Below are positions 37,570 to 50,204 of a stretch of 64,000 bases of DNA, piece after piece. The position numbers and the translations under genes are program-made. The stretch is from Octopus sinensis (Eukaryota): the NCBI RefSeq assembly GCF_006345805.1, contig NC_043003.1, positions 68,696,001 to 68,760,000 on the forward strand. Reading direction: 5' to 3'. The notes below the pieces were generated by a model that did no database searches, was not told the origin of the DNA, and saw nothing but the letters and a program-made list of their open reading frames with translations. Numbering within the stretch: the stretch's first letter is position 1; each line of letters starts with the position of its first letter.

Positions 37570-37618
<49 letters not shown>

Positions 37619-37622
37619 ATAT

Positions 37623-37661
<39 letters not shown>

Positions 37662-37828
37662 GACTGTGTGTGTGTCTGTTTGTGTTTGTGTGTGTGTGTA
37701 TGTAGGGGAAAAGTAAAAAGAGAAAATGTACATTGGATATAAAAAAATAAAGGCTTTTTTTATAACAGGTAACGATATATATATATACAATTAGATGAGC
37801 TGAGTAGAATGAATTGTTAAAGATACAG

Positions 37829-37864
37829 AGTCATACCGGTATCGTCACAAGCTGATCACTGACT
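37829..37864 (-). ncRNA. Degenerate hammerhead with G3-C8 core swap
   Basis: AGUCA GUGAUCA G-CUUGUGA-C GAU ACCGGU A UGACU; A14U change and weak helix II. Confidence 0.5.
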
Positions 37865-38099
37865 TTGAATGAGCACCGATTTCCAAACGGTGTCGGATCT
37901 AATAGTCCCTGGCTGAAAAGATTACATGCAAGGTAGGTAAGCAGTTCTGGAAGTGATGCAATTAAGGCAGATATAAATACTGTAATATGAATTGAGTATG
38001 GGATGTATGGAAATTAGTGGTTTTATTGGTAAGGTTAGTAGTGTCCTGTATTATGCTGGGTGTTCAAGTTGAGATGAGGATGATATTTATTAACATGCC

Positions 38100-38850
38100 T
38101 TATAAATTAATATACCTTATAATCTAGCGAAAACAATCTGTACCATAGCTTCGGACACCAATACTCGTGAATGAAGACTCCTTCAACTCAGATCAATACA
38201 AATCAAGAGACATTACCCAACATCATTAATAAATGAAGGGATTAAACGTGAAAAGGAATTAGACATATGGACATTAAGGGAAGTCCACCGAAATACTACA
38301 CCAGACTTAAAAATGCTCCCATACATCTCCACAGATAACCATAGAAACAATGGTGTCTTCAACATCATCATCCAATATCTACCCATTCTTACAAGAGATA
38401 AAACACTGTACAAAATTTTAGGGTCACACAGAGCAAAATGCAACCGCCATTAACAACGGAACCAAAAGTGAAAAAATGCGGACGGCGTAAATTTGGAGGG
38501 TTCCACTTTAAACAAGGTGAAATATTAAATATAAAATCAAATTTCACCTGTGCCTCGGAAAAACCTAATCTATGCTATTACCTGCTTAGGATGCGGAAAT
38601 CACTATATAGGCCAAACAAGAATGTCACTCCGACAAGGAACAACTCTTCACAAAGAATAAAACCGCTAGTCACAATAAAGACAGACACAAGTAAGTGAGC
38701 ACGTAGAAAGTTGTGATAGAATCCTTAAACCCAAATTCCTAAATTTCCCTTTCTATCACTGTTCAAAGAACACCTCAGTTCAGCAAAGAATGAATAAAAT
38801 AAGATGCAACTTTCATTAATAAATACCATCTGCAATTCAGCATGAACATA
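38100..38850 (+). pseudogene. PLE linker plus GIY-YIG endonuclease (Neptune-like), frameshifted
   Basis: IKSNFTCASE then, after a frameshift, NLIYAITCLGCGNHYIGQTRMSLRQGTTLH. Confidence 0.85.
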
Positions 38851-39306
38851 CAACATATGTATGTATATGTTTCTGCGTCTGTGTTTGACTCTCCACCATC
38901 GCCTGACAACGGATGTTAGTGTGTTTACGTCTCCGTAAATTAGAGGTTCGGCAAAAGAGACCGATAGAATAAGTATTAGGCTTACAAAGAATAAATCCTG
39001 GGGTCGATTTCTTCGACTACAATGCGGTGCTCCAGCATGGCCGCAGTCAAATGACTGAAACAAATAAAAGAATATAATAAACAACAACTGACCCCATAGA
39101 GTAACACTTATTAGCGGAAGTAAAGTAAGAACAACAACAACAACAACAAAACAAAAACCATTTAACATCTTCACTTTCTTCAAACTATTTGTCTCTGGTG
39201 CTTTATTTGTTCTCTGTGAGTCAGGAAAGAATTTTATATTTTCCAAATTGTTTCTGTATCATCGTCACCACCACCATCATCATTTTCATCATTGATGCTG
39301 TGGTTG

Positions 39307-39356
<50 letters not shown>

Positions 39357-39813
39357 GGTAATATTTAAGGATTGATGTTAATTCTCCCGAAGGTAAAGGA
39401 ACAATAAGAAGAATGCGGCTGTTATCAAATGAACAATATTTCGACACTTCGTGTGTCTTCCACAAGTTCGAAATTTTACTCTCAATCTACTTTATTGAAT
39501 GTAGACGCGATAAAGATAATTCATGTGAGACTCTAAATTCACCTGTAGCCTTCATGTATAGATATCTGTATACTAACCGGGGTTGGTGTGTTTCAGTCCT
39601 CGTAACTTTGACTTTTGACCAAAAGGGTACTGGAGTCGATTCATTCCAATAAAATGTCCTCAAGATGGTGCCCCAGCATGACCGAAGTCTAATGACTGAA
39701 ACAAGTAAAAGAAATCTGTGTAAGAATGTATGTATGTGTGTATGTATGTATGTATGTATGCTTGCATTTCTGTCTGTCTGTCTTTATGTATGTATGTATG
39801 TATGTACATACAT

Positions 39814-40190
39814 ATGCTGACATGTAGTGTCTGTGCAAGACCCTGCCTCAGTAAAGCTGGACTCAAGAGTTTTCTTCGTAGTCACAAAGCGAGACAGATG
39901 AGTGACAACCTGGCTACTGGTGGCGGTGTTACACACCATACTAATCATATATGTCAGGCATGTGGAAGAGAGTGTAATTCGACAGGAGGACTTAAACGAC
40001 ATGCAAAAGTACATGAATCCCAGTTGCAACTACAGCCGGCTATTACCGGTAAAGGTTTTAGTTGCCAATGGTGTACAAGACATTGTAGATCTTTGGCCGG
40101 GCTAAAAAGTCACGTTCGATCACAGCACCAGTAACAGTTAAGCTTCGTGCAATGGCCGTACTCGATAACGAGGGAGCAGCCATAATAATG
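39814..40190 (+). mobile_element. 3' end of RTE-type LINE encoding three C2H2-like zinc fingers, inserted in (TATG)n
   Basis: CSVCARPCLSKAGLKSFLRSH, CQACGRECNSTGGLKRHAKVH, CQWCTRHCRSLAGLKSHVRSQH; stop at 40134; short UTR with CTCG-ATAA-CGAG hairpin and (ATA)n tail. Confidence 0.65.
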
Positions 40191-40979
40191 TATGTATGTT
40201 TGCATGTCTATCTGTCTGTCTGTATGTATGTATATGTGTGTATTACGAGTTTATGTAAATGTATGGCTTATTACTGCTGGATTAGAAATAGATAATGCTT
40301 ATATTGTAAATGCCAAAGGATACTTTATGTGGACGCATGCCGCAACTGAAAAGTCGAGAAACACAGACATATATTAGCGGTATTATACAAACTGCGTTGG
40401 TTATCTCGTGTAGCATTTGAATGTATTATGTAAATTCACATATATCTGTCAATGTAATTTTCAAAGGACAGAATTAAAGATTAATTGTAATGGAATTATG
40501 TAATAGGTTAGGCGCTATGTAATAGCAACCAGTTAAGCGAGATGTAGAGAAGGAAATAAATTAACATTAAAGGTGGTAGCTCGGAGATCAGAAATGGAGG
40601 CGCTAAAATCAAATTACGTTGGTGATCTAATGTAATATTTGGTTGTATAATGTGAGGTTTAAGAGTGATATTTGTGTAGATGTCAGCTTATATGGAATGA
40701 ATTACTTATGCTGGGTTGCTTCATATATTGTATTAAGAATTTGCTTTAGTTAAGAAAGTAGGCGTTAAGAGATTAGAGGAGAAAGAAAATATGTAGATTT
40801 TACCTTGTATTTTTTTAGTTATTAAACTGCAGCTATGTGGGGGGTGTCGCTTTGAAGTGTTGTAGTCGAATAAATGAACACCAAGATTTACTTTTAATCT
40901 GGTAATTATGCTATCGATCTCTTTTGGTGGACTGCTTAGTTTCGGAGAGGTGAACATCCAACGCTTGACCAGAAGCATA

Positions 40980-41496
40980 CTCTTTACTCTTTTACTTGTT
41001 TCATTCATGTGAGTGTGGCCATGCTAGAGCACGGCCTTTAGTCGAACAAATCGACCCCAGGACTACTTCTTTGTAAGCCTAGTACTTATTCTATCTGTCT
41101 CTTTTGCTGAACCGCTAATTATGGGGACGTAAACACCCCAGAATCGGTTGTCAAGCGATGTTGGGAGGACAAACAGAGACACACAAACATAGAGACACAC
41201 ACATACACATACACACACACACATATATATATATATGTGTGTGTGTGTGGAGACCCAATGGCCCAGTGGTTAAGGCAGCGGACTTGCGGTCGTAGGATCG
41301 CGGTTTCGATTCCCAGACCGGGCGTTGTGATTGTTTATTGAGCGAAAACACCTAAAGCTCTACTCTTTCTTCTGTTAGCCTGCTCGCTTATCCAGCGGGA
41401 TAGCGTCATTTCAGGGCTAAAACAATGCGAAGCGCATTGTGACCAGCGATGTGTAGCAACATCTGATAGCCTGGTCACGGTGATATATATATATAT

Positions 41497-41528
<32 letters not shown>

Positions 41529-41705
41529 ATATACATATATACGACGGTCTTCTTTCAGTTTCCGTCTACCAAATCCACTCACAAGGCTTTGGTCGGCCCT
41601 AGATAATAGTAGCAGACACTTGCCCAATGTACTATGCAGTGGGACTGAACCGCAAACCATGTGGATGGTAAGCAAGCTAGTTACCACACAGCCACTCTTA
41701 CGCCT
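40980..41705 (-). mobile_element. SINE family A with a second SINE nested in its internal microsatellite
   Basis: Tail half 40980-41225 and head half 41540-41705. Confidence 0.85.
41249..41483 (+). mobile_element. tRNA-derived SINE (family D, resembling octopus OR-type)
   Basis: TGGCCCAGTGG A-box and GGTTTCGATTCC B-box in GGAGACCCAATGGCCCAGTGGTTAAGGCAGCGGACTTGCGGTCG. Confidence 0.8.
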
Positions 41706-41934
41706 GGGTAATCACATTCACATAGATATAATAATGTTCACAAAGAGATACAGGGACATTTTATTTTTGCCAGCTGAATGGTCTGGAGCATTGTTAAATA
41801 AAATGTCTTGCTCAAAGATATAATGTGCCGCCGAGAATTGAACTCGCGATCGCAAGATCGTGAGCCGTAAACCTTGTCCATTAAGCCAGTCGCCTTCACA
41901 GTGGAATACCTGAGTCACTAAGCCACACGGTGTA

Positions 41935-42275
41935 TGTGTGTGCGCGCACACACACACACATGTACGCACAGAACACACACAGACGCACACACACATACAC
42001 GCGCGTGCAGATGCTCACACGCACACGAACGCACAGACGCATACAGACACACACACGCACGCACAGACGCACAGATGCACACACACACATACACGCAGGC
42101 AAAGAAGCACACACATGCACGCACACACAGACGCACACACATGCATACACGTTCAGACGCACACACACACACTCATGCACAGACACTCACACACATGCAC
42201 ACTCACACACACGCACAGATGCACACACACACGCACGTACACACGCACGCGCACGCAAAGACGCACGCACACACT
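41935..42275. repeat. Degenerate (CA)n/(GCAC)n microsatellite
   Basis: Direct reading. Confidence 0.9.
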
Positions 42276-42549
42276 TATATTCAATGGGATTCCACAAAGT
42301 TTCCAAACTACCAAATTCCCTCACAAGGCTTGTTAGTAAAGGACGCATTTCCCAAGGTGCAGCGCACTAATAAACCCAACTCGAAACCAAACGATTGCAA
42401 AGCGGCGTTGTTAACAAGAAAACCTATGCCTTCGCTCTATAGAATCGCACTGTTTTCATAGAAAAAAATAATAATAATTTTAGGAGCGCAATGTTATGAA
42501 TGTAACACGAATGGCTCTGATTCCATATCAGATATCAAAGAATAACATT

Positions 42550-43086
42550 CGTTTTGAGTCTTGGCACATGGCCAGAAAATCGAAGAAAGACATGAGTCCA
42601 TTTCATGGATCCTAGTGCTTAACTGGTACTTATTATAGCGACCCCGAAAGGCTAAAGGCAAAGTTGACCACGACAGATCTTAAAGTCAGAATTTGAACGT
42701 AGAATGTGAAGACAGATGGAATATCTTTTCTACTAAAGACACAAGGCCTGAGATTTGGGGGAGGGGACTAGTTAATCACATCGACCCCAGTGTTTCACTG
42801 GTATTTATTTCATCGACCCCGAAAAGATGAAAGGCAAAGTCGAGCCCAGCGGAATTTGAACTCAGAACGTAACGACAAGCGAAACACCGCCAAGCATTTA
42901 GTCCAGCGTGCTAACAATTCTGCCAGCTTACCGCCTTAGACGGACGAAATATCGTTAATCATTCTGCCCGGTATGCTAACAATTCTGCCAGCTCCACACC
43001 TTAGATCGAATTTGGCCTGCGGTAGAAGATAGTCGATTGCATCGACCCCGGTGCTAAACTGGTAGATTTTTTATCAAGCCGAAAGG
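42550..43086 (-). mobile_element. Cluster of nested SINE family B copies
   Basis: Repeated CGACCCCGAAAGGATGAAAGGCAAAGTCGAC-like cores. Confidence 0.8.
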
Positions 43087-44473
43087 GTCACTATAGAAAT
43101 CCTCACCCGTTAACGAAAATAAAATAAAAAACAGCCTTCTGGATGTTAATAACTGTGTAGAAGACGAATATGAAAAAATAATTGCGCAAGCGAAAGAGGG
43201 TTGCGCAGAGGGGACTTTCGGAAAATTTACAACATCCCATTCTTCCCAAATAACTTTCAGGAAAATGGATGTATATTGAAAAGAAAAAAAAATCAACACT
43301 CCCCATCCCTATTCTACGGCCTTGGCCTTCAAGCAGGCTATCCACAGGCTAGAAATAATCTCAAATGGCCAAGACCATTTGCAGTTCCGCAAACACACGA
43401 TGTTTTGCGCTGGTCAAATGATTCTGTTTAATTCACTTTGTCACAGTATTACTATGCTATTCTTACTTTCTTTTTTCAAAACAGCTTGCTGTTATTTCTA
43501 CACTCATATTTTTGTAACTTTCAAACCAAAACCAAATCAAATTACTTTGTCATATTACAGCGGGAAATTACTCTGAAAGAAATCTTTGCAGAAAGGTGAG
43601 TAGAATGATTACATATTTCTTTCATTATGTTATCGCAGTTTTCTGAGATTTGACTGTTATTTCTAGCATGTGGATAGCCTGCTTGAAGGCCAAGGCCATA
43701 GAATTGGAAGGGGCGGAGGTTGGTGTATTTTTTTTTTAATTGAAATTATACAGACATTTTCTTTTCAGAATCGGATTCCCATAGCCGAATACAAAAAAAT
43801 CAATATAAATCTGGTTGGGGATTTGGTTTGCAAGATTCTTTATGTGAATTCGTGTTTTGAAACATATTCTGTTGTGTCTGGAGAGAGTCATTTTCTGTTT
43901 TTGTGTCATTTCTTTTTTATAATTTAACACACTCACCGGTCAAATTTCCACTTATTTTTTTTTATTTTTCTAAAGTTTTCGTTGCGTCTTGCAATCCTTT
44001 CAATAGTTTTGACACTGTCCGTTATTCTCACTGTTCCATTTTATTTGTTTGTGCGCATGTGTGTGGGTTAGTGTGTGTGTGTGTGTGTGTGTGTGCCTAC
44101 ACATGCATCTATGTATGTATACATGTCTACGTATGCATGTATGTCTGTGTGTGCATACGTATATATGTATGTGTGTATATTTGTATGTATGTATTCTGCA
44201 TATTCATGAGTTTGCGAGTCCGTGTTTGTGTGTTTTTATGTATGTGTGTGCGTGTGTGTGTGTGTTCTGCAACTATGTACCGTGTTTGTATGTATGAATG
44301 TGCATATCCATCTCCATATATATCTATTTTCCTGAAAGTTGTGAGGGAAAAATCGGACCTTATGAATTTTCCCAAAATCCTCCCACCACCACCACCCCAG
44401 GTTTGTTTGCGCAAACAGCAGGCTGTTATTTTCTTCTTTTTTTTCATCAACGGGTGTAAATCAAAGTCAAATC
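43087..44473. mobile_element. Old non-autonomous DNA transposon (Mutator-like, 9-bp TSD) with nested inverted repeats
   Basis: GCCGAAAGG at 43078-43086 and 44474-44482 splits a SINE B core; subterminal CACCCGTT/AACGGGTG; inner inverted pair 43285-43366 / 43648-43737. Confidence 0.6.
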
Positions 44474-44718
44474 GCCGAAAGGATGAAAGGCACAGTCGAC
44501 CTTGGCCGCATAAGAACTCAGGAAGTGAAAACGGACTAAATGCTGCTAAGCGTAACGCGAAATAACTATACTCCCCTTGAATGAGTAAGTATTACGCATA
44601 TCAAGAGAAGTTTAAACAGGGAAAAGCAGTACCTCGGCCTATCTTTTAAAAAAGATACCTTCAAAGATACCTGTTCCGAACACGATGTCGTACCGTGAAT
44701 TAATGTTCCAAAATGCAT

Positions 44719-44950
44719 ATTTCTTTATTACCCACAAGGGGCTAAACACAGAGGGGACAAACAAGGACAGACATAGGTATTAAGTCGATTACATCGACCC
44801 CGATGCGTAACTGGTACTTAATTTATCGACCCCGAAAGGATGAAAGGCAAAGTCGACCTCGGCGGAATTTGAACTCACAACGTAACGCAGACGAAATACC
44901 GCTAAACATTTCGCCCGGCGTGCTAACGTTTCTGCCAGCTCGCCGCCTTA
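44719..44950 (-). mobile_element. SINE family B, young full-length copy
   Basis: Close to the family consensus from TTTCTTTATTACCCACAAGGGG to CTCGCCGCCTTA. Confidence 0.9.
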
Positions 44951-45249
44951 ATGTTCCAAATTACCAACGCTCTCATCGCTACAACGAAATGTAGAGCATA
45001 TTAATTGGTATGTGTGCGTGTGTATTTATGTGTGAGTGTCCCTGTGCTTATGTTTTGGCTTGTTTAGCGCCAGTAAACTAGGGGTTCAACAGAGGAGGAA
45101 GATAGAGTACATATCAGACTTTAGAAATGAGTAAAGTGTTCTATTTTTCCGATTAAACTCTTCGAGGCGGTGCCCCAGCATGGCAACAGTCCAAGGAATA
45201 AAACATTAAGATAATTTAGGAGTGTCAGAGTAGTAATATAAGTCGACGT

Positions 45250-45605
45250 AGCACTCAGTCGGTTACCACAAGGGTCCCAGTTGATCCGATCAACGGAACA
45301 GGCTGCTCGTGAAATTAACGTGCATGTAGCTGAGCACTCCACAGATACGTGTACCCTTAACGTAGTGCTAGGGGAGATTTAGCCTTACACGGAGTGTGAC
45401 AAGGATGGCCCTTCGAAAACAGGTGCAACAGAAACAGGAAGAGAAAGTTTCGGTGAAAGAGTGCAGCAGGGTTCTCCCCCCCCCCCTGTTGGAGCATTAG
45501 GTGTTTTCGTTCAGTAAACACTCAAAAATGCCCGGTCTGGGGATCGAAACTGCGATTCTACGACCGCGAGTCCATTGCCCAAACCACAGGGTCATTGCAC
45601 CTCCA
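45250..45605 (-). mobile_element. tRNA-derived SINE with the family D head but a different tail
   Basis: Head matches 41249-41360; the 3' part is unrelated. Confidence 0.75.
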
Positions 45606-45865
45606 CAGTAGTATGAATAAAAAATGATACAGTTTTGCTATTGCACAACATGTTCAAATGTGTAACTTGCTGAAAGCTACGAGTCAAGTGTGTGTCTGAA
45701 AGTTTTACCAGTGAATATAAATGTAAAACTTAAGATATCTAATAAACAATTTTGATTTATAGTGGAAAAATAAGATGTCTACGTGTGCATTATATATAAG
45801 CATTATATAGTTTTATTATCCCAAAAGGAAATTTTGGGATAATAACAACAACAATTAAATATTAT

Positions 45866-45924
<59 letters not shown>

Positions 45925-46086
45925 AACAGCGATATACATTCATATATTTGCTATGAATATGTATGTGTGCTCGTGTATGTGTGTATGTGTTTGTGTGTAA
46001 ATATAGATTGATAGATAGGCAGACAGACAGAGAGACATATAGATAGATAGATAGATAGATAGATATATAGATAGATAGATAGATAT

Positions 46087-46119
<33 letters not shown>

Positions 46120-46123
46120 GAGG

Positions 46124-46198
<75 letters not shown>

Positions 46199-46894
46199 CA
46201 ATGTATCTATCTGTATACGTGATTGTACGTGTTTACTGTAAAAAAGTAAAAGAGTTACATAGTAAATTTAAATAAAATAAAAAGCGTTCTTACTTGGGCG
46301 TTAAGGCTATTAGAATATTAGAAACCATCGACGGAATCCTCACGTGAAGAATTAAAATTTTTATATTCTTAATATCTAATTTCAACAATAAATTTTATGA
46401 CAGTTGACTCTTGTATAAGAGAAAGAATGAAAATCATATAAGCTTATGTAAGTACGATAAAAAAATTCAGGCAATAATAATATTCGATATTGCATCTTTT
46501 TTTATTCCGTTATTTTAGCAGGTATATATGAATACAAAAATCGTAAAACTGCGTCTAATAACGAAATTATAGCAGAATATATATTGTTGTATATTATTAG
46601 AAAATCTATGGAATTTTCGATAAATCCGAGAATGTAAAACTACCATAATGCATGTCTTTGAATTGGTCGTTGAAGATTTTAGTTTTTATGTTTAAAAAAA
46701 TCAATATATTCAACAAAAGATAGAAAAAAATTTAGGTCAATCAGAACTCTAGTGGGCGCCAATTTTTCTGAAATTTACATGGAATGTAATAAAATATGTA
46801 ATGTTTGTGCGTGTGTGTCTGTTGTGTCTGTGCATATATACAGACACACACTCACACACACATTCACTAGCATGTATCTATCTATCTATCTATC

Positions 46895-46929
<35 letters not shown>

Positions 46930-46986
46930 ATATATATATATATATAATTCATATATATATATATAATTATATATATATTTATATAA

Positions 46987-47028
<42 letters not shown>

Positions 47029-47105
47029 ATATATATATATTATAATATATATATATATATATATAATATATTATATATAATATATATATATTATATCTAT
47101 ATATT

Positions 47106-47176
<71 letters not shown>

Positions 47177-47179
47177 ATA

Positions 47180-47410
47180 TACTTGCACAAAGTAGTATGT
47201 AGCAGTTTTTAACTCAAAGCTGGACATCTTCCTGTCGAGAGTCCCAGATGAGCCTACCTCACGGCAAGAGGTGCAAATGAGAGTAGCTATGTCAAATTCC
47301 ATTCTTCACCAAGTGCCACATGTTAGAGGAGGTTCTTCGTAATAACAGTGTAGCACAAAACGGCGGTGCATCAGCATGGCCGCAGCTCTAAGCTGAAACC
47401 AGCAATAAAA
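47180..47410 (+). mobile_element. 3' end of CR1-clade LINE
   Basis: VFNSKLDIFLSRVPDEPTSRQEVQMRVAMSNSILHQ followed by UTR GGCGGTGCATCAGCATGGCCGCAGCTCTAAGCTGAAAC. Confidence 0.7.
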
Positions 47411-47424
47411 ATATATATATATAT

Positions 47425-47596
47425 AAGTGCAGGAGTGGCTGTGTAGTAAGTAGATTGTCTACCAGCATCATGGTTCCGGGTTCAGTCCCACTGCGTGGGA
47501 TCTTGGGCGAGTGTCTTCTGCTATAGCCCCGGGCCGACCAATGCCTTGTGAGTGGATTTGGTAGACGGAAACTGAAAGAAGCCTGTCGTATATATG

Positions 47597-47651
<55 letters not shown>

Positions 47652-47865
47652 TTGTGTGTCTGTGTTTGGCCCGCTAGCATTGCTCGACAATCGATGCTGG
47701 TGTGTGTACGTCCTCGTCATCTAGCGGTTCGTAAAAAGACCGATAGAATAAGTACTAGGCTTACAAAGAATAAGTCCCGGGGTCGATTTGCTCGACTAAA
47801 GGCGGTGCTCCAGCATGGCCGCAGTCAAATGATTGAAACAAGTAAAAGAGTAAAAAAAAAAGAGT
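47425..47865 (+). mobile_element. SINE family A, full length
   Basis: GCAGGAGTGGCTGTGT.GTAAG (A-box), GGGTTCAGTCCC (B-box), internal microsatellite, CR1-like tail. Confidence 0.9.
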
Positions 47866-47950
47866 ATATATATATATATATATATGTTAAATTGCATGAT
47901 AAAATAAAGCCGAGGCAGTGTGAAATTTCTTGGACATTTTTTGAGAAAGC

Positions 47951-48002
47951 TAATCTTACAGCTGTTTCAGGGATATGAGCGATATCCCATCATCAGAGAC
48001 GA
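47951..48002 (-). ncRNA. Type I hammerhead ribozyme in a short (TA)n-flanked insert
   Basis: GUCU CUGAUGA U GGGAUAU-CGCUC-AUAUCCC U GAA ACAGCUGU A AGAU. Confidence 0.75.
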
Positions 48003-48104
48003 TATGAGAGAGTTAAGTAGAGGGAAATATTACAGTTCAATATAAGAAGTAAGGAATGAGTAATATAAGATATATATACATGCATATATATAAATATATA
48101 TATG

Positions 48105-48142
<38 letters not shown>

Positions 48143-48193
48143 TATACATATATATATATTGTGTGTGTGTGTACGTGTGTCTGTGTGTGCGTT

Positions 48194-49012
48194 GTAGGCG
48201 CCGGAGTGGCCGTGTGGTAAGTAGCTTGCTTACCAGCCACATGGTTCTGTGTTCAGTCCCACTACGTGGTACCTTGGGCAAGTGTCTTCTACTATAGCCT
48301 TGTGAATGGATTTGGTAGACGGAAACTGAAAGAAAGCCGTCGTATATATGAATATTATATGTATCTGTGTATATGTTTGTGTGTCTGTGTATGTCCCCCA
48401 ACATCGCTTGACAACCGATGCTGGTGTGTTTACGTCCCCGTAATTTAGCGGTTCGGCAAAAGAGCCCGAGAGAATAAGTCCTAGGATTACAAAGAATAAG
48501 TCATGGGATCGTTTTCTTCGACTAAAGGCGGTGCTCCAGCATGGCCGCTGTCAACTGACTGAAACAAGTAAAAGAGTAAAAGAATAAAATAATATATATG
48601 TATAGGAGTGGCTGTGTGGTAAGTAGCTTGCTTACCAACCAAATGGTTCCGGGTTCAGTCCCACTGCGTGGCATCTTGGGCAAGTGTCTTCTGTTATAGC
48701 CTCTGGCCGACCAATGCCTTGTGAGTGGATTTGGTAGACAGAAACTGAAAGAAGCCTGTCATGTATGTGTATATATATATATATGTGTGTGTGTGTTTGT
48801 GTGCCTGTGTTTGTCCCCCTAGCATTGCTTGGCAACCGATGCTGCTGTGTTTATGTCCCCGTCACTTAGCGGTTCGGCAAAATAGACTGATAGAATAAGT
48901 ACTGTACTTACAAAGAATGAGTCCCGGGGTCGATTTGCCCGACTAAAGGCGGTGCTCCAGCATGGCCACAGTCAAATGACTGAAGCAAGTAAAAGAGTAA
49001 AAAGTAAAAGAG
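48194..49012 (+). mobile_element. Two head-to-tail SINE family A copies
   Basis: 48194-48590 and 48602-49012. Confidence 0.9.
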
Positions 49013-49070
49013 TATATGTATATATATATGTGTGTGTGTGTGTGTATGTATGTTATATATATATAGAGAG

Positions 49071-49135
<65 letters not shown>

Positions 49136-49436
49136 TAGATAAGTATATATATATGTGTTTTTGTGTGTATGTATGTTATATATATATATATAATATACTA
49201 CTCGGTTTAATGACTGCACAGGGCGGAAATGTATGGGAAACGACTGAATGATTAAAAAACAAACTCTCAGAAATTTATTGAGAAATTTTCCTCGTATTTC
49301 GTTATCAAAATGATACACGTGTGTACGTATTCTAGCAGAAAACTACTCGGAAAGCAGTATTACTGCTAGTAATAATAATAATTGAAAATTACTATTTGTA
49401 AATCTCACAACGGGATATATTCAGCAACAATACTTT

Positions 49437-49862
49437 GGAGTAAAGATTATTTGCCAACATAACATGGTGGTCCTGGTTATGGACTAATATTGCTGTAATT
49501 TAGCCATAGATCACATCGTCTCCAGCTGGCTGTGCGACAATCTGTGTCTTTATATTTTAGAACAAGGGAATCTAGCACCCCAACTCAGCTCAAAACAATA
49601 TCTGTGTATCGCGATTTCCGGGTTATTTCCCTTCATCAGCACAGAATAATTGTTTTGTGCTGATGAAGGGAAATAACCCGTAATTCGTGATACACAGATA
49701 ATGTTTTGAACTGAGTAGGGGTGCTAGATTCCATTGATCAAAAATATAAGGACACAGATCGTTTCGTACAGCTATCTGGAGACGATGTGTCAGGTGCTAA
49801 ATTAGAGCAACATTCGTCCTAAACCAGAACTGCCATATCTTGTTGGCAAAAATCTATACTCC
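49437..49862. mobile_element. About 425-bp imperfect palindrome of two back-to-back HHR-bearing repeats
   Basis: 49437-49650 is the approximate reverse complement of 49650-49862. Confidence 0.85.
49602..49644 (-). ncRNA. Type I hammerhead ribozyme
   Basis: CUGUG CUGAUGA A GGG-AAAUAA-CCC G GAA AUCGCGAU A CACAG; the opposite-strand copy 49655-49697 has GAAA mutated. Confidence 0.75.
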
Positions 49863-50204
49863 ATAATAATAATAGTTTCTAACTTTAGCAAAATGTCAGC
49901 AACAACGTGGGAGAGGTGTAGGCCGATCAGATTGATCACAGAACTCAACTGGTACCTATTTAATCGATCCAGAATAGGGTGAGAAGCCAATGGGAACTCG
50001 TCAGAATTTGAGCCCAGAACGTAAAGCTGGAAGAAATACGGAAAGAAATCTTGTCAGGCGCGCGTTCGAGGCCTAAATAATAATACACATTTTTGATGAA
50101 AGCTCCCCAATAGAGTGTAACGCATGTGCTAGTTTACTGAATGAGAAGCAGAAATATAATGAAATTTTCTACGTTCTGTGTAGGTTTGTATATGCATGTA
50201 TGAA

